Assembly (NCBI GenBank): GCA_020348985.1
Contig: CP070761.1
Span: 2,563,445 to 2,627,444, forward strand
Length of the DNA: 64,000 bases
Origin: Candidatus Thorarchaeota archaeon
Lineage (GTDB): Archaea; Asgardarchaeota; Thorarchaeia; Thorarchaeales; Thorarchaeaceae
Reading direction: 5' to 3'
In this document: positions 28,486 through 39,018 of the stretch, in pieces
Numbering within the stretch: the first letter of the stretch is position 1
Layout: every line of letters begins with the position of its first letter
Position numbers and translations under genes: made by a program
The notes under the pieces: generated by a model
Seen by the model: the letters and a program-made list of their open reading frames with translations, nothing else
The model's database searches: none
Told to the model about the DNA's origin: nothing

Positions 28486-29559
28486 ATGCCAAGTCGCTCG
28501 ATTGCATTCATTTCTCATCCAGAGCCCGGCCAGCATATTCAGCCATTTCCTAGACCACATCTTGAGTCATTTGAGAATCCCCTGAGAGCTCAAATGGCTG
28601 AGTTACATCTCAGGAACAGAGGGCTACTAGATGAGATGTCCGTCTTTGAGGCGGTAGAGGCGGACTCCAGTGATGTTCTCAGTGTGCATTCCGAGTATGT
28701 TCTGGACACAGCCATGCTTATGACAGATTTGGGATCCGGACAGCTGGGAGAAGCGGCCTATGCCAGCCCGGAACTATTGCGATCAGCTCTTCTTTCTACC
28801 GGAGGTGCAAAGCTGGCTGCAAATCTGGTCACTGAACCAGACTACATTCACTCGTTTTCTCTCATGAGACCTCCAGGTCATCATGCAACCTCATCAGCGT
28901 CTATGGGCCTCTGCTACTTCAACAACATCGCCATCGCAGCGAGAAGTATTCAAACAGAGGTAGGCATAAAGCGAATCTCGATAGTCGACATCGATGATCA
29001 TTTTGGCAACGGGACCGCAGAAATCTTCTATTCAGACCCTAGTGTTCAGTACATAAGCATACACGAGTATGACTATGAGAGTCTGGGTCTTGGACATTAC
29101 TATGAAGTTGGACAGGGGAAGGCTAAGGGTACAAACATCAACATCCCACTTGTTGAAATGAGTCAAGACGAGTCGTATAACTCAGCATTTGAGAGAGTAG
29201 TTCTCCCTGCCATCAAGAGTTTCAAACCGGAAGTGATTGGTGTGTCTGCTGGATTTGACGCACACTATTCGGATCCAGTGGGAAACATGAACATAGACTC
29301 AAAGACGTTTTGGTGGATTGGCCGAGAAGTGAATAGTCTTGTTCAGGACTTGAAGCTGCAGGGTTCTTTCTGGGTACTCGAGGGAGGTTACAATCCGTTT
29401 TCACTAGGACCCTGTATAGAGGCAAGTCTACGGGGCTTGGCGGGAGAGGAGACGCCTGAACTTGAAGATCAGTGCGAGAGAGTCATAAATCAAGAGTTGA
29501 TAGACGCAAACAACGAGATAATTGATGCAGTTCTTGAGACTGTCGAAGTGTACTGGTAG
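28486..29559 (+). CDS. Histone deacetylase family protein
   Basis: RPPGHHA, CYFNN, DIDDHFGNGT, SAGFDAH, LEGGY. Confidence 0.92.
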   Translation: MPSRSIAFISHPEPGQHIQPFPRPHLESFENPLRAQMAELHLRNRGLLDEMSVFEAVEADSSDVLSVHSEYVLDTAMLMTDLGSGQLGEAAYASPELLRSALLSTGGAKLAANLVTEPDYIHSFSLMRPPGHHATSSASMGLCYFNNIAIAARSIQTEVGIKRISIVDIDDHFGNGTAEIFYSDPSVQYISIHEYDYESLGLGHYYEVGQGKAKGTNINIPLVEMSQDESYNSAFERVVLPAIKSFKPEVIGVSAGFDAHYSDPVGNMNIDSKTFWWIGREVNSLVQDLKLQGSFWVLEGGYNPFSLGPCIEASLRGLAGEETPELEDQCERVINQELIDANNEIIDAVLETVEVYW

Positions 29560-29662
29560 TCGATTAGTGGTGAGAAGAAGATTTGCATCTTTGGGTGCCA
29601 AGGCTAAGATTTTAAGCGGAGCATCCTAGGCGCGCAAGAGCAGCATAATAGGTGAGAATCCA

Positions 29663-29947
29663 ATGGCCAAGAAACGAAAGTCCGGAGGGCGCGCAAAAGG
29701 CAGCTCCGGAAAGAGCGGCGCGGTCCAATGCTCAAAATGTGGACGTGTCGTTCCTGCAGACAAGGCGAAGAAATACACAAAGAGAGTCTCATCGGTCGAT
29801 CCGCAACTAGCAAGAGAACTAAGGAAGCAAGGTAGCTTCATTCCAGCGCGTCGAGTAACAGAGTACTACTGCGTTAGCTGCGCAGTTCACTCTGGCAGAG
29901 TCCAGATAAGACAGGCCAGCGAGAGAAGAACGAGAGGCAGACGTTAG
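29663..29947 (+). CDS. rps26e: 30S ribosomal protein S26e
   Basis: KKRKSGGR, VQCSKCGRVVPADKA, YCVSCAVH. Confidence 0.95.
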   Translation: MAKKRKSGGRAKGSSGKSGAVQCSKCGRVVPADKAKKYTKRVSSVDPQLARELRKQGSFIPARRVTEYYCVSCAVHSGRVQIRQASERRTRGRR

Positions 29948-30021
29948 AACTCAAACTCACGATGTCCGACCTGCTGAATACCAACCTAATGCGGAAGACA
30001 CTTGCTTAGCTGGTAGGCCAA

Positions 30022-30615
30022 ATGCCAACTTCGATAGGCCTTATTCGCTTCATCCAACTACTTCCTTCTGTGCCTGTGAGCAGTGATTTCACCCTGAGAG
30101 ACCTCCCAGGTTCTGGAAAGAGAATAGACATCCTATGTCGAGATTTGGCGGCATGCTTCGATTGGGGACCAACGACTTGGCCAAAAGAGAATCTTGAATT
30201 TGTCGCGCTATTTGAAGACAAGCTAGCAATCACCATCCGATTCCCCTCAGAGAAGACTCCGTCCGGGGAAGTAGAATGGGCCACCGTAATAGCCGATGCA
30301 CTAAGAGGGGTGGAATATGATTTTGTGTCGGTTGAACCGACAAACCTCTTGAACGTCATTCTGAAGCTAAAGAACGAACCGCAAGGCAACCTGTGGATCC
30401 TAGATGAGTCTGGGAATCCACTAGATGATGTTCTTGGCCCTATTCTATCGTCGCAGAACAGTTTTATGCTGGGAGACCATCAGGGCTTTGATTCTCGGGA
30501 CCTTGAGACCTTCGAGAATCAGGAGATTGTTAGCGTCTCTTTGGGAGATCTGAGCTATCTGAGTAGCCACTGTGTGGCTGCAATAATCTCCAAGATGGAA
30601 AGGAGGGTTGCCTGA
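30022..30615 (+). CDS. trmY: tRNA (pseudouridine-54-N1) methyltransferase
   Basis: LRDLPGSGKRIDILCR, FMLGDHQG, VSLGDLSYLSSHC SPOUT motifs. Confidence 0.82.
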   Translation: MPTSIGLIRFIQLLPSVPVSSDFTLRDLPGSGKRIDILCRDLAACFDWGPTTWPKENLEFVALFEDKLAITIRFPSEKTPSGEVEWATVIADALRGVEYDFVSVEPTNLLNVILKLKNEPQGNLWILDESGNPLDDVLGPILSSQNSFMLGDHQGFDSRDLETFENQEIVSVSLGDLSYLSSHCVAAIISKMERRVA

Positions 30616-30963
30616 GTGCCTGAAGACAAGGAAATTGAAATCTCCAAAGCCATGACAAGATTGGTCAAGAAACTGACCAAGGAGATGCTTTGGATCTACA
30701 TTCTACGATTGCTTCAAGAGAGACCTCACTATGGCTACGAGATAAAGGAGCTTGTCACAAAGAGGTTCAGTTTCTCTCCGGCAACTGTTAGTGGCTATGC
30801 CATTATTTATCGACTAACGAAGGATGGATTGATTGAAGAGCAAAGAACTGGCGACTCTCCGAGAAAGTACTATGGCATCACAGAGAAGGGACTTTGTGCA
30901 ATGAGAGAAGCAAAGGATTTCCTAGGACGCACGTTGGAAACTGTTTTTGATATTACTGAGTAG
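30616..30963 (+). CDS. PadR family transcriptional regulator
   Basis: ILRLLQERPHYGYEI...RKYYGITEKG. Confidence 0.9.
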   Translation: MPEDKEIEISKAMTRLVKKLTKEMLWIYILRLLQERPHYGYEIKELVTKRFSFSPATVSGYAIIYRLTKDGLIEEQRTGDSPRKYYGITEKGLCAMREAKDFLGRTLETVFDITE

Positions 30964-30975
30964 GTCCCAACTGCT

Positions 30976-31908
30976 TCAGCGAAATTCCACCTTTTCTAAG
31001 AGGTACTCACTTCTTCGCGCGACCTCTTCAAGATCAACGCTAATCTTGTGGCTTTCTCTCTCAATCAGTATACTCGCAGTACATGTCGCAAAGATTCCGC
31101 TGTCCAAATGGTTGTAACCATTCAGCATCTGAGAAGCAAAAGCTGCGAGGAACGCATCACCTGCTATGGTGCAGTCCCGCGCAACTGATTCGAAACTGGG
31201 AAAGATGACAAAATCAGATCCATCGAATAGAATGCTCCCCTTTTCCCCCATCGTCACTACAGCAGTATCGCAGCCATTCTCTACAAGCATCTCAACGGCC
31301 ACGAATAGGTCGCTCTGGCCGGTTAGAGCTTCTGCTTCCTTCTCATTTACTTGGATCTGATGGACCAAACCCACAATCTCTTCCAACAGGTCATTGCCAC
31401 CAACAAGCTCAATCTTACCACCATTGGTCGTTTTCTGGAGCAGCCCTCGCGGATCAAGAATTATCCTAGCATTAGTAGCTCCTGACAACCAGTCGATGAA
31501 TTCAACATCAATCTCCCTGTGACTTGGAGTCATAAGGACTATTCTGGATTTGAGAAGCTCGGCAGGAAAGTCCGAAATCCGAATTCGATTGGCGAGCCCA
31601 ATGACCTGTAATGATTCAGAATCACCATCACTGTAATCTACTTCAAATCCGCCGGTTGCCTTTGAAGGTAAAAGCACTGATTCTGCAAATGGGTAGTCAC
31701 TGAGATCCTGCAAGAACTCTGCGCGAAAGTCATCGCCAAGGCATCCTACAATAGCGGCTTGCTCAACTCCAAGATGAGCAGCGACTCTAAACACATTGGC
31801 TGCCGATCCAGAGAGGACTCTGTCTTTCGTATCAAGCAACGGTGACACGAATCTGTTATAATGAGGGTTGCCTACGACAACCAAGTCATACGTTATCGAC
31901 GCTGTCAC
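30976..31908 (-). CDS. PfkB family carbohydrate kinase
   Basis: NEKEA, VTMGEKGS, DCTIAGDAF. Confidence 0.85.
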   Translation of the reverse strand: MTASITYDLVVVGNPHYNRFVSPLLDTKDRVLSGSAANVFRVAAHLGVEQAAIVGCLGDDFRAEFLQDLSDYPFAESVLLPSKATGGFEVDYSDGDSESLQVIGLANRIRISDFPAELLKSRIVLMTPSHREIDVEFIDWLSGATNARIILDPRGLLQKTTNGGKIELVGGNDLLEEIVGLVHQIQVNEKEAEALTGQSDLFVAVEMLVENGCDTAVVTMGEKGSILFDGSDFVIFPSFESVARDCTIAGDAFLAAFASQMLNGYNHLDSGIFATCTASILIERESHKISVDLEEVARRSEYLLEKVEFR

Positions 31909-32587
31909 TCCTTGGCTCCCCTATGACCTTTCTGGCGTATAGCAAACGTTGGATGACCGTGATGTGTGATAGAAGCCCGACTATCACCACGCATAGCGTG
32001 AGTATGTTGGTTATCGACAATACATCAATCATGAAGACCGGGACTGAGGCGGAGTATCCCATCCATCCATCAACGGGATCCACCATAAGCAGAAGAATGC
32101 CGACGAATGTCAGGATGAGCTTCTCTTGCCGCTCGGCAATTCCCACCGAACAGTCGTCCATTCCGCCAACAGATTCTGCTTTGGCTCTTGTGAAGCTGGC
32201 CATGACCATACCAAAAAGAGCAAAGTAGCCCCAGACCCAATGCAGGAACTTCTGGAGAGAGGCAGCGGGCCCCAACATAAGTCCAAAGAGAAAAAGGAAC
32301 TCAGCATATCTGTCAAGAGTGTGGTCTAGAGTGGCACCAAAAGGTGAGCTCATGTTGTTCGCCCTTGCAACGGCACCGTCAAACATGTCCAGAATGACTG
32401 TGAATACCATCGTTAGTAGGCCAAGTAGTAGATCTCCGAAATAGAAGAACCAGGCCGTGAGGATTGCTATAGCAAGAGTGAGCACGCTAATGGCATTGGG
32501 AGTTATCCCAGTTTTGGCGATTACTCTTCCAATCGGCATCATCATTGCCTGATAGCGTTCTCGTAGACGACCCAACATCGAGTTCAC
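31886..32587 (-). CDS. CDP-alcohol phosphatidyltransferase (archaetidylinositol-phosphate synthase-like)
   Basis: TPNAIS, DMFDGAVARA..S.FGATLDHTLDR, SFTRAKAE, GIAER. Confidence 0.85.
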   Translation of the reverse strand: MNSMLGRLRERYQAMMMPIGRVIAKTGITPNAISVLTLAIAILTAWFFYFGDLLLGLLTMVFTVILDMFDGAVARANNMSSPFGATLDHTLDRYAEFLFLFGLMLGPAASLQKFLHWVWGYFALFGMVMASFTRAKAESVGGMDDCSVGIAERQEKLILTFVGILLLMVDPVDGWMGYSASVPVFMIDVLSITNILTLCVVIVGLLSHITVIQRLLYARKVIGEPRSDSVDNV

Positions 32588-32655
32588 ATTTCCGGCCCAT
32601 TGGCTGGGGTCGGCAACTTCGTTTCGTTAATAAACGTGTTGAGAAGGGCTTTCGT

Positions 32656-34335
32656 TTACCCTACCAATTCCAGCGCGTCTGTTATTCTACGAATAACCCA
32701 ATCTCTTCCGAGCATGTTGATGAAAGGTGCAAGACGTGGACCAGACTTTCTGGATATAAGAATTCGGTAGAGCACAACGAATGCACGTTTCTCTTTTAGT
32801 CCCAATTCTCTTGCAATACCGAATACTGCTGATTGCAGGGTTTCATCGTCCATCTCTTCTGCTCGAAGCTTCTCGAGAAAGCCTTGGAGAAACCTAATGT
32901 CAAGCTCAGTCAGCGTTTCTATGATGCTGCTAGGAACCAAGTCAGGGACATCAACACGGTCCCGATTAGAACCAAACTCTTGTACCCACTTCAGAGCTCT
33001 ATCAAGCCTTCTTCGGATATTGCGACGAGACTCTGCCGAGACGGACTCAAGGCTGTACTGTCTCTGGATAGCATATTCGCTTCGACTCATCACCATGTCT
33101 GAACCAATCACACTTTCAAGCTGGGACATCACAATTGCGAATTTGAACGGGATATTGGGAGTGAACTCCTCTGGCACTGCACCAGACAGACATAGTGGAT
33201 ACAGCAACCTAGCCAGCTCATCATCGATGGCGCTTTCAGCGTCTATGCCATAATATGTCCGTTCAAGTCTCTCAAATTCGTCAGTCATGTCCGGAACTTT
33301 CTCAGGCATAATGTTGATCGCTCTGTTGAGATCTGTCTTCAGCATGATGAACCTGTAAAGCTCAGGTGGTGCAATTGCGGACCATCGCTTCGGGATGAAC
33401 ACAATACCCTCCGACGAACTCATGTCCCGCCCCCCAATCCGAACCCACTCAAATGGCACCTTCACAGGGCCCTCCCATCCAAACACTCTTCGAGATATCT
33501 CTAGACCAGAGTCATAAGATCCTCCTTTGACAGCATGGTCTTTCCCCGCAGGTTCACATGTCACATCCAGCACATGCCATTTGGCCGGCCAGTCTACTCT
33601 CCATGAAAGTTTGACGCGAATGGAATCTAGAGGGAGAGTGTTGGCATGACCACAAGCCGGACAGTTAAAGGAGACCATATCCTTCTCTGCGTCGTAATTC
33701 GTTACTCTGTTTGGGACGATCTCCCCTTTTGCACCAGACTGCAGTCGACCGCAGTCCGGACAAACAACTGTTGCGGGATACCAGCTTCTAATCGATTCAA
33801 TGTATTCCTTTTGCTGTTCATCGTTGAAATCTCGTGCCACGTATTCAATTAGTATCTCCCGGATGGTATCTGTATTGAGAAGACAAGTACGTACCGCTTG
33901 CTTCATTTCGGGGGTTTCGTAGAGCTTGTGATGCCAAATGACCTCAGGATCGACTCCAAACTCCGGAAATGTTTCAATTAGTTCGTTGGCGTGGTGCTCG
34001 CCGTAACTCTGACAACAACCAAACTCATCTGGAACATCAGAGTAGGGAATTCCAGCCCACTCATCCAGGGAAAGCGAACTCGACCCAGGGAGCGAGCGCA
34101 ACGGATCGAAGTCATCTACGATGAACAGCGTACAAGACTTCAGACCCCTTTCGCGAAGCTCACGCATTATAACATCGCAGATTACGAGCTCGCGCATGAA
34201 GCCTAAGTGAATCGAGCCGCTTACGCTTTTTCCAGAACTGATTCGATACTCCTCTACGTTGCGCTCGGCAACCTTGTCGACTACGTCACGTATCCAGTGA
34301 ATTGAGTACTCATCGTCTGGGGGTTCGTGTGTCAT
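32656..34335 (-). CDS. lysS: Lysyl-tRNA synthetase, class I
   Basis: HW, SGSIHLG, WRVDWPAKW, EPAGKDH, MSSS, GPRL. Confidence 0.95.
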   Translation of the reverse strand: MTHEPPDDEYSIHWIRDVVDKVAERNVEEYRISSGKSVSGSIHLGFMRELVICDVIMRELRERGLKSCTLFIVDDFDPLRSLPGSSSLSLDEWAGIPYSDVPDEFGCCQSYGEHHANELIETFPEFGVDPEVIWHHKLYETPEMKQAVRTCLLNTDTIREILIEYVARDFNDEQQKEYIESIRSWYPATVVCPDCGRLQSGAKGEIVPNRVTNYDAEKDMVSFNCPACGHANTLPLDSIRVKLSWRVDWPAKWHVLDVTCEPAGKDHAVKGGSYDSGLEISRRVFGWEGPVKVPFEWVRIGGRDMSSSEGIVFIPKRWSAIAPPELYRFIMLKTDLNRAINIMPEKVPDMTDEFERLERTYYGIDAESAIDDELARLLYPLCLSGAVPEEFTPNIPFKFAIVMSQLESVIGSDMVMSRSEYAIQRQYSLESVSAESRRNIRRRLDRALKWVQEFGSNRDRVDVPDLVPSSIIETLTELDIRFLQGFLEKLRAEEMDDETLQSAVFGIARELGLKEKRAFVVLYRILISRKSGPRLAPFINMLGRDWVIRRITDALELVG

Positions 34336-34383
34336 TGGTCATCCAAACGGGACTTCCCCTGTCGGTGCTAAAGAAACTTGTCC

Positions 34384-36234
34384 TCAAACAGAGAACTCAG
34401 AGACACGCAAGTCAGTTCCACTATTGAAGATGAGATACACCGGGACAGCTGCAATAATCACTACTAACACCAAGGAGAGAAGCATTGTCACTATAGCTAA
34501 TGGAAGGTAGAGAACAGACGGAACCGCAGCTTCAGGAACGAGGAGGTACACACTGAAGATTGTGGCAAACGCTATTGAAGGAATACCTGAGCCGAACCCA
34601 ATGGCAACTCCTTCAGCAATCATTGTTTTAGCTACAAACGAGGGCGCTGCACCAATTGACCTCATAATCACATAGTCCCTGAATCTTCCAAAGACTGAAA
34701 CTAACAAGTAATTCATGAGACTGAGAAAAGCGCTGATGATTGCCATAATCGGTAGCGGCTGCAATAGAAACCAGAAGGCTGACACAGTTGCCAAGTTGCC
34801 TTGCAGAACATCTTCTTGAAGGTATATACCTAGGCCCCGGGTTGATGCCATTCCACTGATTTGCGAAATCAGCGTCTCAGAGTACTCATCAAGCTGAACG
34901 AGGACCAGATTGACTCCATCGATGCCCCAGGCAGACTGCATCTCGGCCAGACTCATGAAGGCGGTCTTGCCTCCATTGAGAATCTCGAATGCTATGGCTC
35001 TGACTGCCAGTGAGCTTCCTCCGACATCGATACTCTGGATGAGCGGGTCTACAAACATGCCAGTTGCCAGCTCCCCACCTATCCAAGCTTGCTGCGAACC
35101 GTTGACTTGAGATCCCTCAAAGTACCAGTCAGATATCGTGCTTCCCCACTCGAGCCCTACAATCAGTGCAGAATCTGTTCTGTCCTCTCCAATCCGTTCA
35201 TACATCTCTGTTGTTGGATTCCAGACAATCGCCGGATTCTCTATTACAGGTGCAAAATCGACCAGCCTTTGTTCAACTCTGACGACTCCCGGCATCTCTA
35301 GAAACTCCTCGACAAGATCTGACGGCACTAGATCTGAAGAATTCAGATAGCTGAAGCTTTCGTCAAGCAGTGTGCCACTCAGAGAATATGCCGAATAGTA
35401 TTCATTCAGCAATGTCGGATTTCCGATGGCCACAACATTCTGACCCATTGACCGGACAATGTAGGCGTCGGTTGTAGTTTCAATGATGCCCCCACCAATC
35501 CATAGCATTGCCGCAAGTGAAATGCTCAGGAATAGAGAGACCATCGTCCGCCGAGACCCACTTATTCTTCGGCCCGTAGCTTTAGTAGCTACCTTGAAAG
35601 GCAGTCCAAAGCTGTCCAAAAACCCGGACTTCCGTACTCTGGAGCCAAGTTCTGGATTCATTGTTGTGATTGGTGATTCGTGAACTGCATCGTAGATAGG
35701 CTTCTGCGCAGCCAAATAACCAGCAAAGAGATAGATGATGACCACCAATCCAAGCTGAAGCCAGGGAAATTCGAAGGTCAGCCTGACTGCAGGCAAGACT
35801 GATGACAGCCACAGAAGTCCACCCAGATAAAGAGCCAGTCCAAAAACCACACCGAGGACTGTTCCTCCTACTAGCAATATCAATGCCTGGGCCATGAAAT
35901 GGTCAAAGATTGTGTCCATGAGCGTTCCGATTGATTTCATCAAACCAATGTCCTTTCGACGGCTCACCATCTCCAATGAAATAGTACTAGAAACGACTAC
36001 ACCACCAAGTAGCAGAACCAATATCAGAGTGGCCCAGATGAAGGACTGGAAGAAGACACCAAGAGCTGAACTGAGCCCGCCGGAGGTCAGAACCGATGTT
36101 ACATCCAGGAGAATATTCCCGAAGAGGAACAGAAACGTGGTTGTAGCTACAACACAAGTGAGAGTTATCATCATCAGTGTTGAGCGAAACGGACGTCTCT
36201 TCAGGTCTGTAGATGCATAGTCCTGCTGGGACAT
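34384..36234 (-). CDS. FtsX-like ABC permease (two FtsX domains)
   Basis: RRKDIGLMKSIG and RFRDYVIMRSIGA; large extracytoplasmic loop. Confidence 0.85.
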   Translation of the reverse strand: MSQQDYASTDLKRRPFRSTLMMITLTCVVATTTFLFLFGNILLDVTSVLTSGGLSSALGVFFQSFIWATLILVLLLGGVVVSSTISLEMVSRRKDIGLMKSIGTLMDTIFDHFMAQALILLVGGTVLGVVFGLALYLGGLLWLSSVLPAVRLTFEFPWLQLGLVVIIYLFAGYLAAQKPIYDAVHESPITTMNPELGSRVRKSGFLDSFGLPFKVATKATGRRISGSRRTMVSLFLSISLAAMLWIGGGIIETTTDAYIVRSMGQNVVAIGNPTLLNEYYSAYSLSGTLLDESFSYLNSSDLVPSDLVEEFLEMPGVVRVEQRLVDFAPVIENPAIVWNPTTEMYERIGEDRTDSALIVGLEWGSTISDWYFEGSQVNGSQQAWIGGELATGMFVDPLIQSIDVGGSSLAVRAIAFEILNGGKTAFMSLAEMQSAWGIDGVNLVLVQLDEYSETLISQISGMASTRGLGIYLQEDVLQGNLATVSAFWFLLQPLPIMAIISAFLSLMNYLLVSVFGRFRDYVIMRSIGAAPSFVAKTMIAEGVAIGFGSGIPSIAFATIFSVYLLVPEAAVPSVLYLPLAIVTMLLSLVLVVIIAAVPVYLIFNSGTDLRVSEFSV

Positions 36235-36984
36235 TCAGATCAATTCTCCGTTGGACATCTTCAAATGACGCGCACTCTCGGTATGGATTATGTCCAAATC
36301 ATGAGTCATCACAATGACGGCCTTCCCTTTGGCGTTCAGTTGTCTGAGGAGCGACCTCACCATCTCTGCACTATCCTCGTCCAAGTTAGCCGTAGGCTCA
36401 TCAGCAAGAATTATCGGAGGGTCGTTTGCCATCGCTCTAGCAATTGCGACTCTTTGCTGCTCGCCAGAACTGAGCTGCCAAGGCAAGTGATCAAATCGTT
36501 CCTCAAGGCCAACTGTGGTGAGTAATACTTGAGCGTCGTGTGTTAGTTCACCTATCGGCTTGGTCGAAAGCTGCATGGGAAACATGACATTCTCCAAGGC
36601 TGTCAGAGTGGAGATCAGATTATAACTCTGGAAGATGAACCCTGTATTCTGAAGTCTGAAATTCGAACGGAAAGTCTCGTCATAGTCTCCTATGGGAACA
36701 TCCATGACGATAACTCTACCTTCGGATGCCACGTCGATTGCCCCAATGATATTCAGAAGCGTGGTCTTTCCCGATCCAGAGTGGCCAGAGATTACAACAA
36801 ACTCTCCTGGCTTCACATCCAGGGTGACCTGTCTCAGCGCTTCAATGCGCCTCTTACCCAGTTTGAAGGTTCTTGAGACTCCCTCTAGTCGCACTGCACT
36901 CCTGACTATATCGAGTCCATCAAGCTCATCAATGTCAATCTCTTCATCTTCGATGTGACTTCCTAGTACTGTGTCTTCATCCAT
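36235..36984 (-). CDS. ABC ATPase, LolD/MacB type
   Basis: [24 protein letters not shown]; ATG at 36984. Confidence 0.92.
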   Translation of the reverse strand: MDEDTVLGSHIEDEEIDIDELDGLDIVRSAVRLEGVSRTFKLGKRRIEALRQVTLDVKPGEFVVISGHSGSGKTTLLNIIGAIDVASEGRVIVMDVPIGDYDETFRSNFRLQNTGFIFQSYNLISTLTALENVMFPMQLSTKPIGELTHDAQVLLTTVGLEERFDHLPWQLSSGEQQRVAIARAMANDPPIILADEPTANLDEDSAEMVRSLLRQLNAKGKAVIVMTHDLDIIHTESARHLKMSNGELI

Positions 36985-37075
36985 TGTTCTTGACCCTCTA
37001 TGGAGATGCCTGCAAGTGGTCGTAATTGCGAATTCAGAGCCAATCCTCTTGAAGATAAGGATAGGGGTTGTTGAG

Positions 37076-37831
37076 CTAATGCACCAGTAGATCATGGTTT
37101 ATTAGTGCGTCCCGGGCCCAATCCGATAGTATAAGTGGGCGCTCTCTTCCGAAGACCTTGATTGTACTCAGTATGTCCATTTGCACGAGCTGACTGGTGT
37201 AATAGCTAATCAGACTTTTGTCAACTGCTAAGGTTCTGCTTAGCTCGGCTTGTGTCATTCTTCCGTTTGCGAGCCCTTCAACAAGAATCGACCTTATCGT
37301 GGGATTTCTGGCGGAAGCAGCTAGTCTCAGAACAGAATCCTCAATTGAGAAGCTGCTCGGGAAGAAATGCCTAGTGTTCCCTTGCCTAATACTAATTACC
37401 TCGGCCTCCCGTTCCAAGCTGATTAGGTGGTATTGAAGTGCACCCATGGCGCATCCTAATGCTCTATGAAGCTCTCTTAGATGAATACCCGGACTGGCTG
37501 CTATTTCGTCCGCCACCCGGTCTCTAAGCTTCTTGTTTCGGACCTCCTCCCGCCGTTCAGTCGCGACAGTGCCAACGATCAGGAATAGGGCATATGTGGT
37601 GAGACTGTTCACCATCGTATCTGGAAAGAGAGCAAGAGTACCGCCACTTACAGTTGCTGTGACCATGTCAATCCGCATCTTGGATGTGGCCGACATTACG
37701 GGTTCAGAGGCCTCAGCCACCGCAAGCGTTCCGTTTCCCGGCCCTGCGCTAGACATCAGTATGGAAAGAAGACTGGTCATAACTAGGGCAGCTGCAATTG
37801 CAACAGCTATTCTACGGCCTATCCGTCCCAT
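37076..37831 (-). CDS. Membrane-anchored tandem winged-helix transcriptional regulator
   Basis: Two N-terminal hydrophobic segments; PGIHLRELHRALG..GALQYHL; MTQAELSRTL..SLISYY. Confidence 0.78.
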   Translation of the reverse strand: MGRIGRRIAVAIAAALVMTSLLSILMSSAGPGNGTLAVAEASEPVMSATSKMRIDMVTATVSGGTLALFPDTMVNSLTTYALFLIVGTVATERREEVRNKKLRDRVADEIAASPGIHLRELHRALGCAMGALQYHLISLEREAEVISIRQGNTRHFFPSSFSIEDSVLRLAASARNPTIRSILVEGLANGRMTQAELSRTLAVDKSLISYYTSQLVQMDILSTIKVFGRERPLILSDWARDALINHDLLVH

Positions 37832-37897
37832 AGTACTGACCGTACAGGCATTCGGACTTTTGCACTTAAGTGCAGTCGTTGGAGTAAGAATGTACTA

Positions 37898-38446
37898 CTA
37901 TCCTCTTTGGGGGTAGCTGAGAGTTATCTTGAAGGAGCAATGCGGCCCGCCCACTGACATGCAGGACTCTTCCTCCACAATAAGCTTCTCATACTCGATT
38001 CGATTGAAGTCCGTTAGGTATTCGAGAACGGCCTCAACAAATCCGCGAAGGAAATAGCAACTTGGCTCTTGGCTTTCTAGACCTGAAGCGTAAGGATTCT
38101 CTCCAATCTCAATGATTGCCTCTTCATCTAGCCAGAGTTTGTATAGCTTGGAAATCCTGACATCACCAAATGGAACTATGAGATTCTCAAGTGCCATCTT
38201 GATGAACTCTACGATGCCCTTGAAGTCGCCAGGGGGTTTCTGTTTCCCTACTTTGAAGTACTCACGCTGTGCTTCAAGTCCAGCCAGGCGTCCTGCACTA
38301 TAATACAAATCACGAATACGATCAGGAAACATGACGGCAATCCTATTGCCAAGCATTGTCCACGTCTTCGAGAAGAAAGCACGCATTGTCTGACGCTGCT
38401 TCAGCTTGCCAGTCCACCATGGCGGAATATCCTTTGTGTTCGACAT
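37898..38446 (-). CDS. V4R domain protein
   Basis: PSCYFLRGF...EEESCMSVGGPHCSF. Confidence 0.82.
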   Translation of the reverse strand: MSNTKDIPPWWTGKLKQRQTMRAFFSKTWTMLGNRIAVMFPDRIRDLYYSAGRLAGLEAQREYFKVGKQKPPGDFKGIVEFIKMALENLIVPFGDVRISKLYKLWLDEEAIIEIGENPYASGLESQEPSCYFLRGFVEAVLEYLTDFNRIEYEKLIVEEESCMSVGGPHCSFKITLSYPQRG

Positions 38447-38522
38447 CTGGCGGCCTCTTTAATGACAGAGACTGAGCAGCACGTGTTAAGTGCTTTACTG
38501 GGATTGACCTGCAAAACGTGGC

Positions 38523-38996
38523 TCAGTTTAGTCTAATATTCCAAACGCAGTTATCCGCACCAGTTGCTCGACTTGCTTCTTGGAATACTTTCGCTTGTAC
38601 GTCCTTGAACTCTAGGATAGCTTCGATCATTCCGCTAAAGACCTCACAATATCCAAAGCCCCTCATGCCTTCGAGATTGACGTCCTGACACCATATGCAA
38701 TCCTTGTCAGCAATTCGAACTGAACCCCTTGCAGTATCCATATCGACGTCTGTTGGCCTTTTGTTGTAAAGCGTTCTGAAGACCACATCGATTAGTTTCG
38801 CAACGTCCTCACGTGTCGTGACAGTCTCTTTGGTCTTCTCCACGATTTCAGAGTTAAGATAGACCTGGGACCCTAGCTCCTTTCCGATCTCCCGGAGTCT
38901 TTGATTCGCCTCATCGATACTAGAAGTTGAAGACAGCACTTGGTCAACAGTCTGTGCATACAAACCTAGCAGTAACGGATTCTCAATCTTGACCAT
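38523..38996 (-). CDS. V4R/TRAPP Bet3-like protein
   Basis: NQRLREIGKELG; DCIWC; YCEVFSGMIEAIL; GADNCVW. Confidence 0.75.
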   Translation of the reverse strand: MVKIENPLLLGLYAQTVDQVLSSTSSIDEANQRLREIGKELGSQVYLNSEIVEKTKETVTTREDVAKLIDVVFRTLYNKRPTDVDMDTARGSVRIADKDCIWCQDVNLEGMRGFGYCEVFSGMIEAILEFKDVQAKVFQEASRATGADNCVWNIRLN

Positions 38997-39018
38997 TGAA
39001 TGTAAGCCTCCTAGCTGT

